From positions 160,706,001-160,770,000 of the forward strand of contig NC_086097.1 of assembly GCF_963921235.1 (NCBI RefSeq): a stretch of DNA of 64,000 nt, in the 5' to 3' direction. Within the stretch, counting starts at the first letter, position 1; each line of letters opens with the position of its first letter. Both the position numbers and the translations under genes were made by a program. This DNA comes from Mobula hypostoma. Taxonomy: Eukaryota. The notes under the pieces are model-generated. The model saw nothing but the letters and a program-made list of their open reading frames with translations. It ran no database searches and was not told the origin of the DNA. Below, piece by piece: positions 49,525-63,123 of the stretch.

Positions 49525-51520
49525 GAGCACTACAGTACAAAAGCAGGCTCTTTTGTCCATGTGTTACATGCTGAAATGGTATGCCTAGTTCCATCTACCC
49601 ATGCCTGAACATTAGACCTCAATACCCCTCTCAATCACGTATATAACCATATAACAATTACAGCACTGAAACAGGCCATCTCGGCCCTCCTAGTCCGTGC
49701 CGAACTCTTACTCTCACCTAGTCCCACTGACCTGCACTCAGCCCATAACCCTCCATTCCTTTCTTGTCCATATGGCTGGCCAATTTAACTTTAAACGACA
49801 ACATCAAACCTGCCTCAACCACTTCTGCTGGAAGCTCGTTCCACACAGCTACCTCTCTCTAAGTAAAGAAGTTCCCCCTCATGTTACCCCTAAACTTTTG
49901 CCCTTTAACCCTCAACTCATATCCTCTTGTTTGAACCTCCCCCACTATCACTGGAAAAAGCCTATCCACATCAACTCTATCTATCCCCCTCATAATTTTA
50001 AATACCTCTATCAAGTCCCCCCTCAACCTTCTACGTTCCAAAGAATAAAAGCCCAACTTGTTCAACCTTTCTCTGTAACTTAGGTGATGAAACCCAGGTA
50101 ACATTATAGTAAATCTTCTCTGTATTCTCTCTATTTTGTTGACATCTTTCCTATAATTTGGTGACCAAAACTGTACACAATACTCCAAATTTGGCCTTAC
50201 AATTTGGCCTTGTACAATTTCAACATTACATCCCAACTCCTATACTCAATGCTCTGATTTATAAAAGCCAGCACACCAAAAGCTTTCTTCAGCACCCTAT
50301 CCACATGAGATTCCACCTTCAGGGAACTATGCACCATTATTCCTAGATCCCTCTGTTCTATCGCATTCTTCAATGCCCTACTATTTACCATGTATGTCCT
50401 ATTTTGATTAGTCCTACCAAAATGTAGCACCTCACATTTATCAGCATTAAACTCCATCTGCCATCTTTCAGCCCACTCTTCTAACTGGCCTATATCCCTC
50501 TGCAAGCTTTGAAAACCTACTTCATTATCCACAACTCCACCTATCTTAGTATCACTTGCATACTTACTAATCCAATGACAAATAAATGACTAATCCAATG
50601 GACCCAGTACAGATCCCTGAGGCACACCACTAGTCACCGGCCTCCAATCTGACAAACAGTTATCCACCACCACTCTCTAGCGTCTCCCATCCAGCCACTT
50701 CTGAATCCGTTTTACTACTTCAATATTAATACCTAACGATTGAACCTTCCTAACCAACCTTCCGTGTGGAACCTTGTCAATGGCCTTACTGAAGTCCATA
50801 TAGACAACATCCACCGCTTTACCCTCGTCAACTTTCCTAGTAACCTCTTCAAAAAATTCAATGAGATTTGTCAACATGACCTTCCACGCACAAATCCATG
50901 TTGACTGTTCCTAATCAGACCCTTTCTATCCAGATAATAATATATACCATCTCTAAGAATACTTTCCATCAATTTACCCACCACTGACGTCAAACTCACA
51001 GGCCGATAATTGCTAGATTTACTCTTAGAACCCTTTTAAACAATGGAACAACATGAGCAATACGCCAATCCTCCAGCACCATCCCCGTTTCTAATGACAT
51101 TTGAAATATTTCTGTCAGTGCCCCTGCTATTTCCACACTAACTTCACTCAAGGTCCTAGGGAATATCCTGTCAGGACCCAGAGACTTATCCACTCTTATA
51201 TTCCTTAAAAGCTCCAGTACTTACCTGAACTTCTCTTGAATGTTGCAAAAAAGTCCACATCTACCATTTCTGCTGACAGCTTGTTCCACACTCACACCAC
51301 CCTCTAAGTCAGAGTGAAGAATGTCTCCCTTAGGGTCTCCTTAAGTATTTCACTTTTCACCCTTATTTTATGCCCTCTAGTTCTAGTCTCGCCCAACTCC
51401 ATGGAAAAAGTCTGCTTGTAATTTTTTGTACCCCTCTATCAAATCTCCCCTCATTCTGCTATGTTCTATGGGATAAAGTGCTAACCTATTCAACCTTTTC
51501 CTATAACTCATGTCTCCAGT
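49525..51520 (-). mobile_element. Two nested CR1 3' fragments (younger copy 49641-51222 inside an older 3' end)
   Basis: RT ORFs 49859-51193(-) and (TAACCATA) tail at about 49643. The older CR1 3' UTR at 49525-49640 resumes at 51223. Confidence 0.85.
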
Positions 51521-51589
51521 TAGAAAGGCCATCATCTACCACCACTCTCTGGCTTCTACCCCCTGATCCCATGCCAAAAATCCCAGTTT

Positions 51590-52660
51590 TTGTGGTGGAT
51601 GGAGCAAAGATGCTTGACAAAGTGATCCCCCAAATCTACATTGGGTCTCACCAAGAGCACAAGATATATATAGATGACCCTGATATTCTTACAGGTGCAG
51701 TGTCATATCACCTGGAAGGTCTGTTTGGGAGCTTGAATGTTGATGAGGGAGGAGGTGTAGAGGCAGGTGTAGAACATGCTTGGATAAATGCCAGAAGAGA
51801 GTTCAGTAGGAATGGACAATTGAATAAGAGAGTCGTGTAGAGAGTGATCCATACAGGAAGTGTATGGACAAATGGAGAGATGTATTTAGTGGTGATATCC
51901 CATTGGAAATGGCGGAAGATATGGAGATTGGTTGTGCGATCCCTATCCTTATCATACCAGTGGGAGGGTGGGGTGAAGGAAGATGTGTGGGAAATGGAGG
52001 AGACATGGGTGAGGGCAGCATCCATGATGGTGGGAGGGAAACCCCTTTTTTTTTGAGGGAGGACATCTCAGATGTTCTCGAATGGAAAGCTTCATCCTGA
52101 GAACCTATGTGGTAGGGACGGAGGAACTGAGAAAAGGGAATGGCATTTTTTTTATAAGTGACAAGTGGGAAAAGATATAGTCTAGACAGCTGTGAGAGCC
52201 AGTAAGTTTATAAGAGATATCACAAAAAGTAATAGTCTCCAGGGATGAAGACAGAGATTAAGAAAGGAGAGAGAGGTGTCAGAGATGGCACGAGTAAATT
52301 TGAGGGCACAGTGGAAGTAGGAGGCAAAGTTACTGAAATTGATAAACTCAGCATGGGTGCAAGAAGCAGCACCAGTGCAGTCATCAATGTAACATGGAAA
52401 GAGTTGAGGAGCATTTCCCATGAAGGCTTGGAACAGGGATTGTTCCATGTCTCAACAAAAAGGCGGGCATAGCTGGAGCCCATGCAGGTGCCCATGGATA
52501 CACCTTGGTTTGGAGAACATGGGAAGAGCCAGAAGAGAAATTGTTAGGGTGAAAACCAGTTCCACCAAATGGAGGAGGATGGTTGTGGACAGAAACTGGT
52601 TAGGTCCATTGTCCAGGAGGAAGCGGAGAACTTTAAAGCCTTCTTCGTAGGGGATAGAAA
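51590..52660 (-). mobile_element. Old PLE RT/GIY-YIG fragment
   Basis: MGTCMGSSYARLFV, FPCYIDDCTGAASC. Confidence 0.8.
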
Positions 52661-53304
52661 TGTTATTTTATGATTACAATTTGCAGATCATTGATGGCAA
52701 TTTCAACAACGTCTTAGTTGACATGGGAAAATCTTGACATACAAAACAATATTGAAGTACTATCTTGTATGTTCTAAAGGAACTTCTGGTTGTATTCCTG
52801 ATGAATAATGCTATAGGTTCATCCATCTGAGACAAATAATGTTTTGATGGATCAGACCCTTTCTGGACTAATATATTATTGAAATGCAGTATCTGTCAAC
52901 TTCAGTAGTTACTGTCTATACTCAAGTTTCCTGTTCCTATTGGTCCACCTACAAACAAATCTTTTTGAAGGATGGGCAAGTTAAAATTTATGTTGAAAGT
53001 CTTTTAATCAAGTATAATATCATAAGAAACTGGGACCATGAGCATGGTCACTCAGCTATTCTTGCCTGCTGTGGGTCATGCATGATTTGGAGCATAACTT
53101 TCATTAATTGTGTTAAGGAAAATTTACTACTCCACTCACTTTGCTGGGGAGATCTTTTTACAACACTAAATATCTCTTTGGCCTCTCCATAAGAGCTATA
53201 TTAGAAATAGATTTATTATCACCTGACAAATGTCATGAAATCTTTTTTTTGTGGCAGCAGTGCAGTGTAAGTCATAAGAATTACTATAACTTACAGAAAT
53301 CAAT

Positions 53305-54478
53305 TACTAAACACATTGAAGGTAGAGCAGTAGATGTAGTGTATATGGATTTCAGCAAGGCATTTGACAAGGTACCCCATGCAAGGTTTATTGAGAAAGT
53401 AAGGAGGCATGGGATCCAAGTGGACATTGCTTTGTGGATCCAGAACTTGCTTGCCCACAGAAGGCAAAGAGTGGTTGACGGGTCATATTCTGCATAGAGG
53501 TCGGTCATCAGTGGTGTGCCTCGGGGATCTGTTCTGGGACCCCTGCTCTTCATGATTTTTATAAATGTTCTGGATGAAAGTGTGGAGGGATGAGTTATTA
53601 AATTAGCTGATGACACAAAGGTTGGGGTGTTGTGGATAGTGTGGAGGGCTGTCAGAGGTTACAGCGAGACATATTGATAGAATGCAAAACTGGGCTGAGA
53701 AGTGGCAGATGGAGTTCAACCCAGATAAGTGTGAGGTGGTTCATTTTGGTAGATCAAATATGATGACAGAATATAGTATTAATGGTAAGACTCTTGGCAG
53801 TGTGGAGGATCAGAGGGGTCTTGGGGTCCGAGTCCATAGGACACTCAAAGCTGCTATGCAGGTTGACTCTGTGGTTAAGAAAGCCTACAGTGCATTGGTC
53901 TTCATCAATCGTGGGATTGAGTTTAGGAGCCGAGAGGTGATGTTGCAGCTATATAGGACCCTGGTCAGACCTCACTTGGAGTACTGTGCTCAGTTCCAGT
54001 CACCTCACTACAGGAAGGATGTGGAAACCATAGAAAGGGTGCAGAGGAGAAATACAAGGATGTTGCTTGGATTGGGGAGCATGCCTTATGAGAATAGGTT
54101 GAGTGAATTCGACCTTTTCTCCTTGGAGCGGTGGAGGATGAGAGGTGACCTGATAGAGGTGTACAAGTTGATGAGAGGCATTGATCGTGTGGATAGTCAG
54201 AGACTTTTTCCCGGGGCTCAAACAGCTAGCACGAGAGGGCACAGTTTTAAGGTGCTTGGAAGCAGGTACAGAGGAGATGTCAGGGGTAAGTTTTTTATGC
54301 AGAGAGTGGTGAGTATGTGGAATTGGCTGCCGGCGACGGTGGTGGAAGCGGATACGATAGGGTCTTTAAAGAGACTTCTGGACAGGTAACCCTAGGTAAT
54401 TTCTAAGGTAAGGACATGTTCGGCATAGCTTTGTGGGCCAAAGGGCCTGTATTTTGCTGTAGGTTTTCTATGTTTCTA
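53305..54478 (+). mobile_element. 5'-truncated CR1, same subfamily as 32606-37858
   Basis: VYMDFSKAFDKVPH and ORF 53682-54389. 3' UTR matches 37770-37863. Confidence 0.9.
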
Positions 54479-54493
54479 AATAAAATAAACGCC

Positions 54494-54700
54494 GAGCGGC
54501 GGTGGAGTGGCATCTGCACCAGACTTCAAGGCGAGTGGTCCCAGGTTCAAATCAGGCTGTCTTCTTGCATGCGATCCATTCGTGTTGGTTAAGCATTGAG
54601 CTCATAACTTGGCCTTGTTTAAAAAAAACCGACAGATGCTAAAGAGATGGCGAAGTTGCTACCTGATGCACCACAAGGTGCAGAGGGGAATAACAACAGA
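54494..54700 (+). mobile_element. tRNA-derived SINE (same family as 11700-11912)
   Basis: B-box GGTTCAAATC and shared 3' body ending CCACAAGGTGCAGAGGGAATAACAAC. Confidence 0.65.
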
Positions 54701-54731
54701 AATATATACAAAATGAGGCATTGTTTATGGA

Positions 54732-56212
54732 CCAGGCCCAAAATGCTGGAGGAACTCAGCAGGCATGCAGTATCTGTGGAAAAGAGTACAGTCGACATTT
54801 CAGGCTGAGATCTTTCAGCAGGACTGAAGGTAAAGTAAGATGAGGAGTCGGAGTAAGAAGATGGGGGGAAGGGTGGAAGAAAGAAACACAAGGTGATAGG
54901 TGAAACCAGGGGCTGGAAGGTTTCAGGGTTGGTGACGGATGAAGTAAAGAGCTGGAAAGTTGATTGGTGAAAGAAATACAGGGCTGGAGATGACGGAATG
55001 TGATAGGAGAGGACAGAAGGCCATTGAAGAAAGAAAAGGGGAGGAGCAACAAAGGTAGGTGATGGACAGGTAAGGAAGTAAGCTGATAGAGGGGCATGGG
55101 GAATGGTGACGGGAAGTAAGGGAGAGATTACTGGAAGTTCAAGAAATTTATATTCATGCCATCAGGTTGGAGTCTACCTGGATGGAATAAAAGATGTTGT
55201 TCCTCCAACCTGAGTGTGGCCTCATCGCAGCGGTAGAGGAGAAGAAGGAGCGACATGTCGGATTGGAAATGGGAAGTGGAATTAAAATAGGTGGTCACTG
55301 AAAGATCCTGCTTTTTCTGGCAGATGAAGCATAGGTGCTTGGCAAAGCAGTCTCCTAATTTGCGTCAGATCTCACCAATATATAGGAGGCGACACCAAGA
55401 GTACCTGACACAATATATCACCTCAGCAGACTTACAGGTGAAGAGTTGCCTCACTTGGATGGACTGTTTGGGGCCCTGAATAGTAGTGAACCTGTTAGGG
55501 TCATATACGGTAAGCCTCAAACAGTTCTTTCAGCTGAGATGATACTTCACCCATGAGTCTTTTGGGGTCATCTACTGTACCTTCTCCCTCACTACCAGAA
55601 AAACTGGGATCTCCCAGTGACCACCCATTTTAATTCCACTTCCCATTCCTATTCTGACATGCCTGTCCTTGGCTTCCTCAACTGCCGCGAGGAGGCCACA
55701 CTTAGGTTGGAGGAGCAACACCTTGTATTCCGTCTGGATAGCCACCAACCTGATGGCATAAACATCGATTTCTCAAACTTTTGGTAATGCCTGCCCTCCC
55801 CTTCATCAATCCCCATCCCCTTTTCCCTCTCTCACCTTATCTCCTTACTTGCCCATTGCCTCCCTCTGGTGCTCCTCCCTCTTTTCTTCCATGGCCTTCT
55901 GTCTTCTCCTATCAGATTCCTCCTTCTCCAGCCCTGGAACTCTTTCTCCAATCAACTTTCCAGCTCTTCATTTCACCTTCCCACCCCCTCCTGGTTTCAT
56001 CTATCACCTTGTGTTTCCCCTTCCCCTCTCCTCCCTCCACCTTCTTACTCTGACTTCTCATCTTTTTTTCCTCCAGTCCTGTTGAAAGGTCTCAGCCCAA
56101 AACACCAACTGTTCACTCTTTTCCATAGTTGCTGCCTGGCCTGATGAGTTCCTCCAGCATTTTGTGTGTGTGTTGCCTGGATTTCCAGTGTCTACAGACT
56201 TTCTCTTGTTAA
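54732..56212. mobile_element. Older PLE insertion with inverted arms
   Basis: Minus arm about 54738-55490 and plus arm about 55515-56210, tail on the right only. TSD TGTTTATGGA at 54722-54731 and 56213-56222. Confidence 0.8.
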
Positions 56213-56399
56213 TGTTTATGGATCATTCATGGGTCTTCGGGCTCTTCCATCACCTCCCTGATGGTAGTAATGGAAAGATAGCATTTGCATGTACCAAAGC
56301 CTTGATAGCTTACTCCTACTCTACAGAAACATATTTAAAACCATTATCTTCCTGCTGTTCAGCAGTCTAGAAGTTGGATCAGTCTAGAAATTGTTCAGC

Positions 56400-57450
56400 A
56401 ATTTGAAGAGAAATTTGTCTGATGTACCCGTCATATTTAAAATGAGGAACAAGGACAAACCAGGCCAGTGAGCTTCATATAAGTAGGGAAATTATTGGGG
56501 AGGATTCTTAGGGGCAGGATTTACTTGCATTTGGAAGAGTGTAGACTTGTTAGGGATAGTCATCATGACTTAGTTTGGGGATGGTCCTGTCTCTCAATTT
56601 TTTCGAGGAGGTGATTGAGGGCAGGGCATGATGAATTGGTAAGTTGATACAGATTTAGCTTGCTTGCAAATGACAAGTGTTTGTGGTGCAGGGGTTTTGT
56701 TTTTCTGCTTGTAGGTCTATGTTCAGAGTGTTCCACAAAGATCATTGTTGGGACTTTTTATTTGTGATATATGTATGTAAATGGTTTGGATGAAAACTTA
56801 GGCAATCTAATTAGTACATCTGAAACAACACGATTGAGTTGTGAATGTTAAAAGTTGTCAAAGGATACAGCAGGACATGCATGGGGTTGGGGATGGGGGA
56901 GAAGGAAAATGCACAGTAAATAGCAGGACCCTTGGCAATGATGTCGGAGGGGTCTTGGGTACAAGTCCATAGCTCCCTGAAGGTGACAACACGAGTGGCG
57001 AGGGCGGTAAAGGAGATTTACAATATGCTTACCTTAGTTGTTCTGGGCATTAAAGATTTGATAGGCCATGTTGCAGGTGTATAAAACTTTAATTAAATCA
57101 CATTTGGAATATTGTGTACATTTCTGGTTGCCTCACTGTAGAAAATGAAGGTTTTGGAGAGGCTGCAGAAGAGCTTCACAGGGATATTGCCTGAACTGGA
57201 ATATGTTAGTCACGAGGAGAACTTGGGCAAGCATGTTTTTTTTTGCTGGTATGTCAAAGACTGAGTACATAATGTAAAATTGTGAGAGGTATAGGAAAAA
57301 TTAGTGTGTTTTCCCAGAATAGAAATGTCAAATGTCAGCGGGCATAGATTTAAGATTAAAGGAGATATGCAAGGCAAGTGTTTTTTTTTGTCAGTGTGGT
57401 AGGTGCCTGGAGCACTACTGGAGGTGGTAATGGAAGCAGATATAATAGCA
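56400..57450 (+). mobile_element. Old CR1 RT/3' remnant
   Basis: YKTLIKSHLEYCVHFWLPH and other CR1 remnants. Confidence 0.7.
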
Positions 57451-57653
57451 ATGACTGCCAGAGCCCAAGCAATTTCTTTCCTGGCTATCCCAACGTCCTA
57501 GCATACCTGGTCAGTCCTCGGGAATTTGCTTCAAGATTGTCAACACCTTTTTTATTTGTGTGCATAAGTTTTGACACTTCACTGTTCTCTTCCCTAAACT
57601 CACTAGTGCTTTATGATTTCCTGTCAACTAAAATAATATGAGATCTGCACAAT

Positions 57654-57873
57654 GCATAAACACAAGAGATTCTGCAGATGCTGGAAATCCAGAGTAACAC
57701 ATACAAAATACTGGAGGAGCTCAGCGGGTCAGAGAGTTGAAATGAATTAACAGTCAGAGTTTTGGGCTGAGATCTTTCATCGGGATAGAATCTGACCCAG
57801 AAGCATCAACTGCTTGTCCATTTCCATAAATGCTGCCTGTCCTACTGAGTTCCTCCAGCATTTTTTATGTTAC
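57654..57873. mobile_element. Mini PLE insertion with inverted end
   Basis: Tail and HHR remnant on minus, then the plus-strand copy ending TGTTAC. TSD TCTGCACAAT/TCTGTACAAT. Confidence 0.7.
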
Positions 57874-59814
57874 TCTGTACAATATGTATTGTCTCAAATG
57901 AAATTATCTTTGAAGCTGTTATGATTATGTATAGCTGTTATGATTATAATGCTAAATCTGCAACTTTTGAATTGTTCGTGTGGAAACTATGGAGCACTGC
58001 TGATCAAGTTGCATTTCTTAAAATAAATTCACATCAGTGATTCCAGGATTTCTAGGCAAGTGCTGCATATTTAGTAACCTAAAATGTTCTTGGGTTTCAG
58101 CAGGCCTGACTAATAGTATTAAGGGGCCATTTGTTTCTGACATTAGCAATAACTGCTGTCAGTGTCATATGGCTGATTTATGCAGACTCTGACTGGTTTG
58201 AAGCAGTGATAGCTATTAGAAGCAGTGTTCACAGAATATTCCTTAGAGAACTCGTTTTGAGCTCTATTATTAAGGTAAGATTTTTTTCAACAGAAGGGAA
58301 ATATATGATTATTAAGAATCCTAAAATTCAACGGCAATATTTTTAGGCTTGTAAAAATGTATATAATAAACTAATTATAGTTATACAGGTGACAATGAAT
58401 GAAACCTGATGTTGCTCAAGTTAATGTTTGACAGGCATCTGCCATCTCACTTTCAAATAAGATTCATTGCAGGAGCTGACACTTATAACTGCATGATGTA
58501 GATAGACTGAAGTGCCATTAAATTTTCAAAAGGTCTATTGTTTATCATGTACCTTAATGTGGCTTTTGTCAAATCTAGTCCTCAAGATTGCAAACCAGAT
58601 GGTTGCAAAATTGAGTGAAATGCTGTTTTGTTACAGTACAACTTCTATACGATAACTGGGCTTTAGGTTATAGTGTGCAAGTGTTAATAAAGACCAATGT
58701 CTATTAAATCAGTAGAAAGTACAACTTTGTGTTCCTTTTGATTCTTTTCTTTTAAAATATTAACATCACAGTGTATTTTTATTAACTAAACTGCATCTAC
58801 TGTAGGGTGGAATAGGACATTAAATCATGACTGCCCATTGAAGCACTGAACTAATTTTATTTAAAATAGATAAAATCTATTTGAAGAGCAGGCAAACAGA
58901 AACTACAGCAACAGCTCAATAAAATAGGGTTAATTTCTCCAGCAAAATAAAATTTATGTGGGAAAAAAAATCTTTTTACCTATAGCCCAGCTATGGCTTT
59001 AGCTTTGTTACTACATCAACATTGAAATAATTTTGATGAATTTATACGCAAAAATAGAATATGTCTCAGTATTCAGTGCTACAAATGCAGTGTGCATTTT
59101 ACGATGCTTCAGCTATGTTGTAATATGGGCAATAATTTATGTTTTTCTGTAATGTTTAAGCCTTCTTCGTACATAATTTGCCTATTGATTTCGTGCACAT
59201 CAAAACTACCTGTAACTTTGACCTTTCCACTACCCTCACTATCCCCATCAGTCCTAAGCGCACAGCCAAATTATAAACTGTTCTGTTGATCTCTGTTGAA
59301 GTTCCCTTTTCTGTCAAATCTTCAGGTGCTTTATTTTACTAAATGCCGATACAGGCGACTTATTGATCACCTTATCTGAATCGAAATCTCTTTCGGTGCA
59401 TCACAGAAGCGTAAATAATATTTTACTGACAATTTCTGGAGTGGGAATTTATTCCACAACCTTTTCTTGGTCACCTGGTCTAGCTTTGGCACTGCAAATT
59501 TTCATCGCTCTTCTTTCCCCACTACTCGCACTCAGGAAAAATTTTAATTCTTTCTTTAACTACCTCTATTTTCAAATTTGAATTGGGCAAGCCTTCATTT
59601 GCAGAGCTCCTGTGAAGTTTAGAAATATTTCCTCTGTTTACAAAATATTATCAGTTGTTGAGACACTTATTGATGGCAATTTTAAATAAATTTTATAGAA
59701 CTGATTATCAATTGGAAAGTTCAACTTAACATGTTTTTCAGAAACCTGACCTAGGATGCAATTGTCAAATACTGGAGGGCATAGATTTAAAGTGAGAGGA
59801 GGAATGGTTTAAAG

Positions 59815-59893
59815 CATGGTACCCAATCTGGGGTTCACAGACGCTTTGCTTAATGGTATTGATCCATGGCATAAAAAAGGTTGGGAAATCCTG
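59815..59893. mobile_element. ~79-bp hAT (Charlie-like) MITE within a CR1 3' fragment (about 59740-60050)
   Basis: Ends CATGGTACCCAA / TTGGGAAATCCTG. 8-bp TSD GTTTAAAG/GTTTAAAA. Confidence 0.6.
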
Positions 59894-62800
59894 GTTTAAA
59901 AGATTTATATGAAGCAAGTTTTTTTTTTAAAAGCCCGTAGTTGCCTGAAATCTGCTGCGGTGGAAGTGGATGTGATAGTACATTTAAGATGCATTTAGAG
60001 AGACATATGAACAGACAGGGTGGAGAGGGGATTCATTTACATTAGAAGAAAGGAGATGTAAGCGGAGCAGTCCCTTGTGGGAGTGGTCAGCATTCGTCTC
60101 AACAGGCTTCAGTGTTAACTGGTGGAAACTAAAAGTGCTGAGTCCTTTGGAGTCATTTAGTTGATTGTAGAACTTGAACATAAAAACTTCGAGCCAAAGG
60201 TATAACAAGTGTAGGCAAGATGATAGCTAAGGCAGTGAAATTTTCCCCCTGTAAGATGTGGAATTGCAGGGTACCTAGGGGTCTCCCTGATGACTACATC
60301 TGCAGGAAGTGCACCCAACTTCAGCTCCTGACTAACAAGATTAAGGAACTGGAGGTGGAGATAGATGTACTCAGGACTAACCGTGAGGCTGAGATCCTCA
60401 TAGATGAGACTTTTACAAAGGTGGTTACACCCAAAATGTAGACTTCGTATATAGGTAGGTGGCCCCCCGCCCCCACCTTCCAGGGGAAATAAAGGGAATA
60501 AGCAGGTAGTCAGGTAGTGCAAGATAACTTTGAGGCCTTTCCTCTCAGCAGCAAGTATACCCTTCGGATATTGCTGGGGAGATGGCCTGTCAGGACACAA
60601 CAGCAGCCAGACCTTGTGCACTGTGGCCGGCTCTGAGGCTCATCAGGTAAGGGTAAAGTCAGGTCGTGCAATAGTGATAGGAGACTCAATAGTTAGGGGG
60701 ATGGACAAAAGATTCTGTGGCTTCAGGAAAGATGCCAGGATGGCGTGTCAGTCAAGGATGTCTAACAGCAGCTGCAGAAGATTCTCAAGAGGGATTGTGA
60801 GCAGCCAGAGGTCATGGTGCACAATGGCACCAATGACATAGGTAGAAAAGGTGAGTGAGTAGATGCACAGTGAGAATAGGGAGTTAGGGAAGAGGTTGAA
60901 GAGCAGGATCTCCAAGATAGTAGACTCTGGATTACTCCCAGTACCACATGCTAGTCAGGGAAGAATAAGATGTTTGTACAGATCTGGTGCAAGGGGCAGT
61001 GTTTCAGATTTCTAGATAATTGGGATCCCTTCTCTGTAAGGTATGGCCTGTACAAAAAGGAAGAGTTGCACCCGAACCCAAAAGGGACCAATATCCTTCT
61101 TGCAGCTTTGCTAGAGCAGTCGGGGGAGAAGTTAAACTGATTTTGCAGGGGATGGGAACCGGAGTGATGGGACAGTTGGTATACAAGTAGATGCAGTGTG
61201 TAGTGTGACTGTGATGAAGGGCAGGCAGATGATGGGGCAGAATTGCAGTCAGTGAGATGAGTGGAAGTGTAACGTGGGCAAAATCATAAGTGGCAATGAG
61301 AACAGACCGGAAGGTGCTATATTTCAGTGCACGCAGTATATGGAATAAGGTAAATGATCTTGTAGCGCAGTTAGAGATTGGCAAGAATGACATTGTGGGC
61401 ATCACTGAGTCATGGCTAAAAGAAGATCATAGTTGGGAGCTTAACATTCAAGGAAATGCCTTGTATCGAAATGACAGGCAGGTAGGCAGAGATGATGAGG
61501 TCTTTGTTGGTTTAAAAAATAAAATAAAATCCTTAGAAAGAGGTGACATAGAATGGGAAAGTGTACAATCCTTGTGGATAGAATTAAGAAACTGCAAGGA
61601 TAAATAGACAGTGATCAGAATTATTTACAGACCTCTGAACACCAGTATGTGGGGTACAAATTACAATAGGAGATGGAAAAGGCATGTTAAAAGGACAATG
61701 TTACCATAATTATTGGGGCATTTTAATAGACAGATAGATTGGGAAAATTAAGTTGGTGCTGGATCCCAAAAGATGGAAGTTGTAGAATGCCTACAATACA
61801 GCTTTTTAATTTTGCTTTTTAAAATACAGCTTTGTAGCTTGCAGTTGAGCACACTAGGGGAAAGGTAATTCTGGACTGGATGTTATGTAATGAACCAGAT
61901 TTGATTAAGCAGTTTAAGGTAAAGAAACCTGTAGGAGACAGTGATCATAATATGATAGAATTTACCTTGCAGTTTGAGAGGCAGAAGATAGCTAGGTGTA
62001 CTATATCAGCACAGGGAATTAGAGGCATGGGAGGGGAGCTGGCCAACATTGATTGAAAGGGGACATGAGCAGAGGTGACAGCAGAACAGCAATCACTATG
62101 GTTTTTGGAGGCAATTCAGAAGTCATCGGATAGATACATCCCAGAAATGAAGAAGTACTCTAAGTGGAGGATGAGGCATCCATACCTGACAAGGGAAGTC
62201 AATGCAGCAGAGAAGTAAAGGAGAAGGCATAAATTAGGGGGAACTTTGAGGTTTGGGAAGCTTTTAAAAACCAACAGAATGCAACTAAAAAAGCCATAAG
62301 GAGGGAAAGGAGGAAATATGAAGGTCAGGAAGCCAACAATATCAAGGAGGATATCAAAAGTTTTTTACAGATATAAAGAGTAAATCAGAGGCAAGAGTAG
62401 ATATAGGACCAATAGAAAATGACACTGGTTTGGTAGTAATGGCAGACAAACTCAAGTATTTTGCGTCAGTCAAAAGATACTAGCAAAATGGCAAAAATAC
62501 GAGAGTGTCAGGGGCAGAAGTGAGCGAGGTTACTATTACTAAGGAGCAGATGCTCGGGAGGCTGAAGGATCTGAAGGTAGATTAGTCACCTGGAGCACAT
62601 GGACTAACTCCAGGGTTCTGAAAGGTAGTGGAAGAGACTGTGGAGTCATTAGTTATGCTCTTTCAAGAATCTCTAGATTCTGGAATGGTTCCAAAGGACT
62701 GAAAAATTGCAAGTATCAATTGGTTGGGAAGATGTAAAAGCCTTATTATCAATGAGGTTCCAAGGTATTTAGAGACACATGATAAAGTAGGCCAAAATCA

Positions 62801-62985
62801 GTATGGTTTCTTTAAGGAGGAACTTGCCTGACAAATTCTGAGGAAATAACAAGCGGATAGACGAAGAGTCAGTGGATGATGTTTACTTTTATTTTCAGAA
62901 GGCCTTTGACAAGGTGCCGGACATGAAGCTGCTTAACAAGATAAGAGCCCATGGTGTTGTAGGAAAGATACTAGCATGGATAGAA

Positions 62986-63123
62986 CAAGAAAAAATCTGC
63001 AGATGCTGGAAATCCAAGCAACACACACAGTGCTGGATGAACTCAGCAGCATCTATGGAAAAGAATACAGTCGATGTTTTGGGCTAAGACCCTTCATCAG
63101 GACTAGAGAGAAAAAGATGAGTC
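62986..63123 (-). mobile_element. PLE terminal fragment
   Basis: Family terminus plus HHR remnant. TSD AGCATGGATAGAA/AGCATTGATAGAA at 62973-62985 and 63124-63136. Confidence 0.8.

Noticed and set aside
57913..57947. AGCTGTTATGATTAT direct duplication
   Set aside because: A simple two-copy slippage duplication with no further structure.
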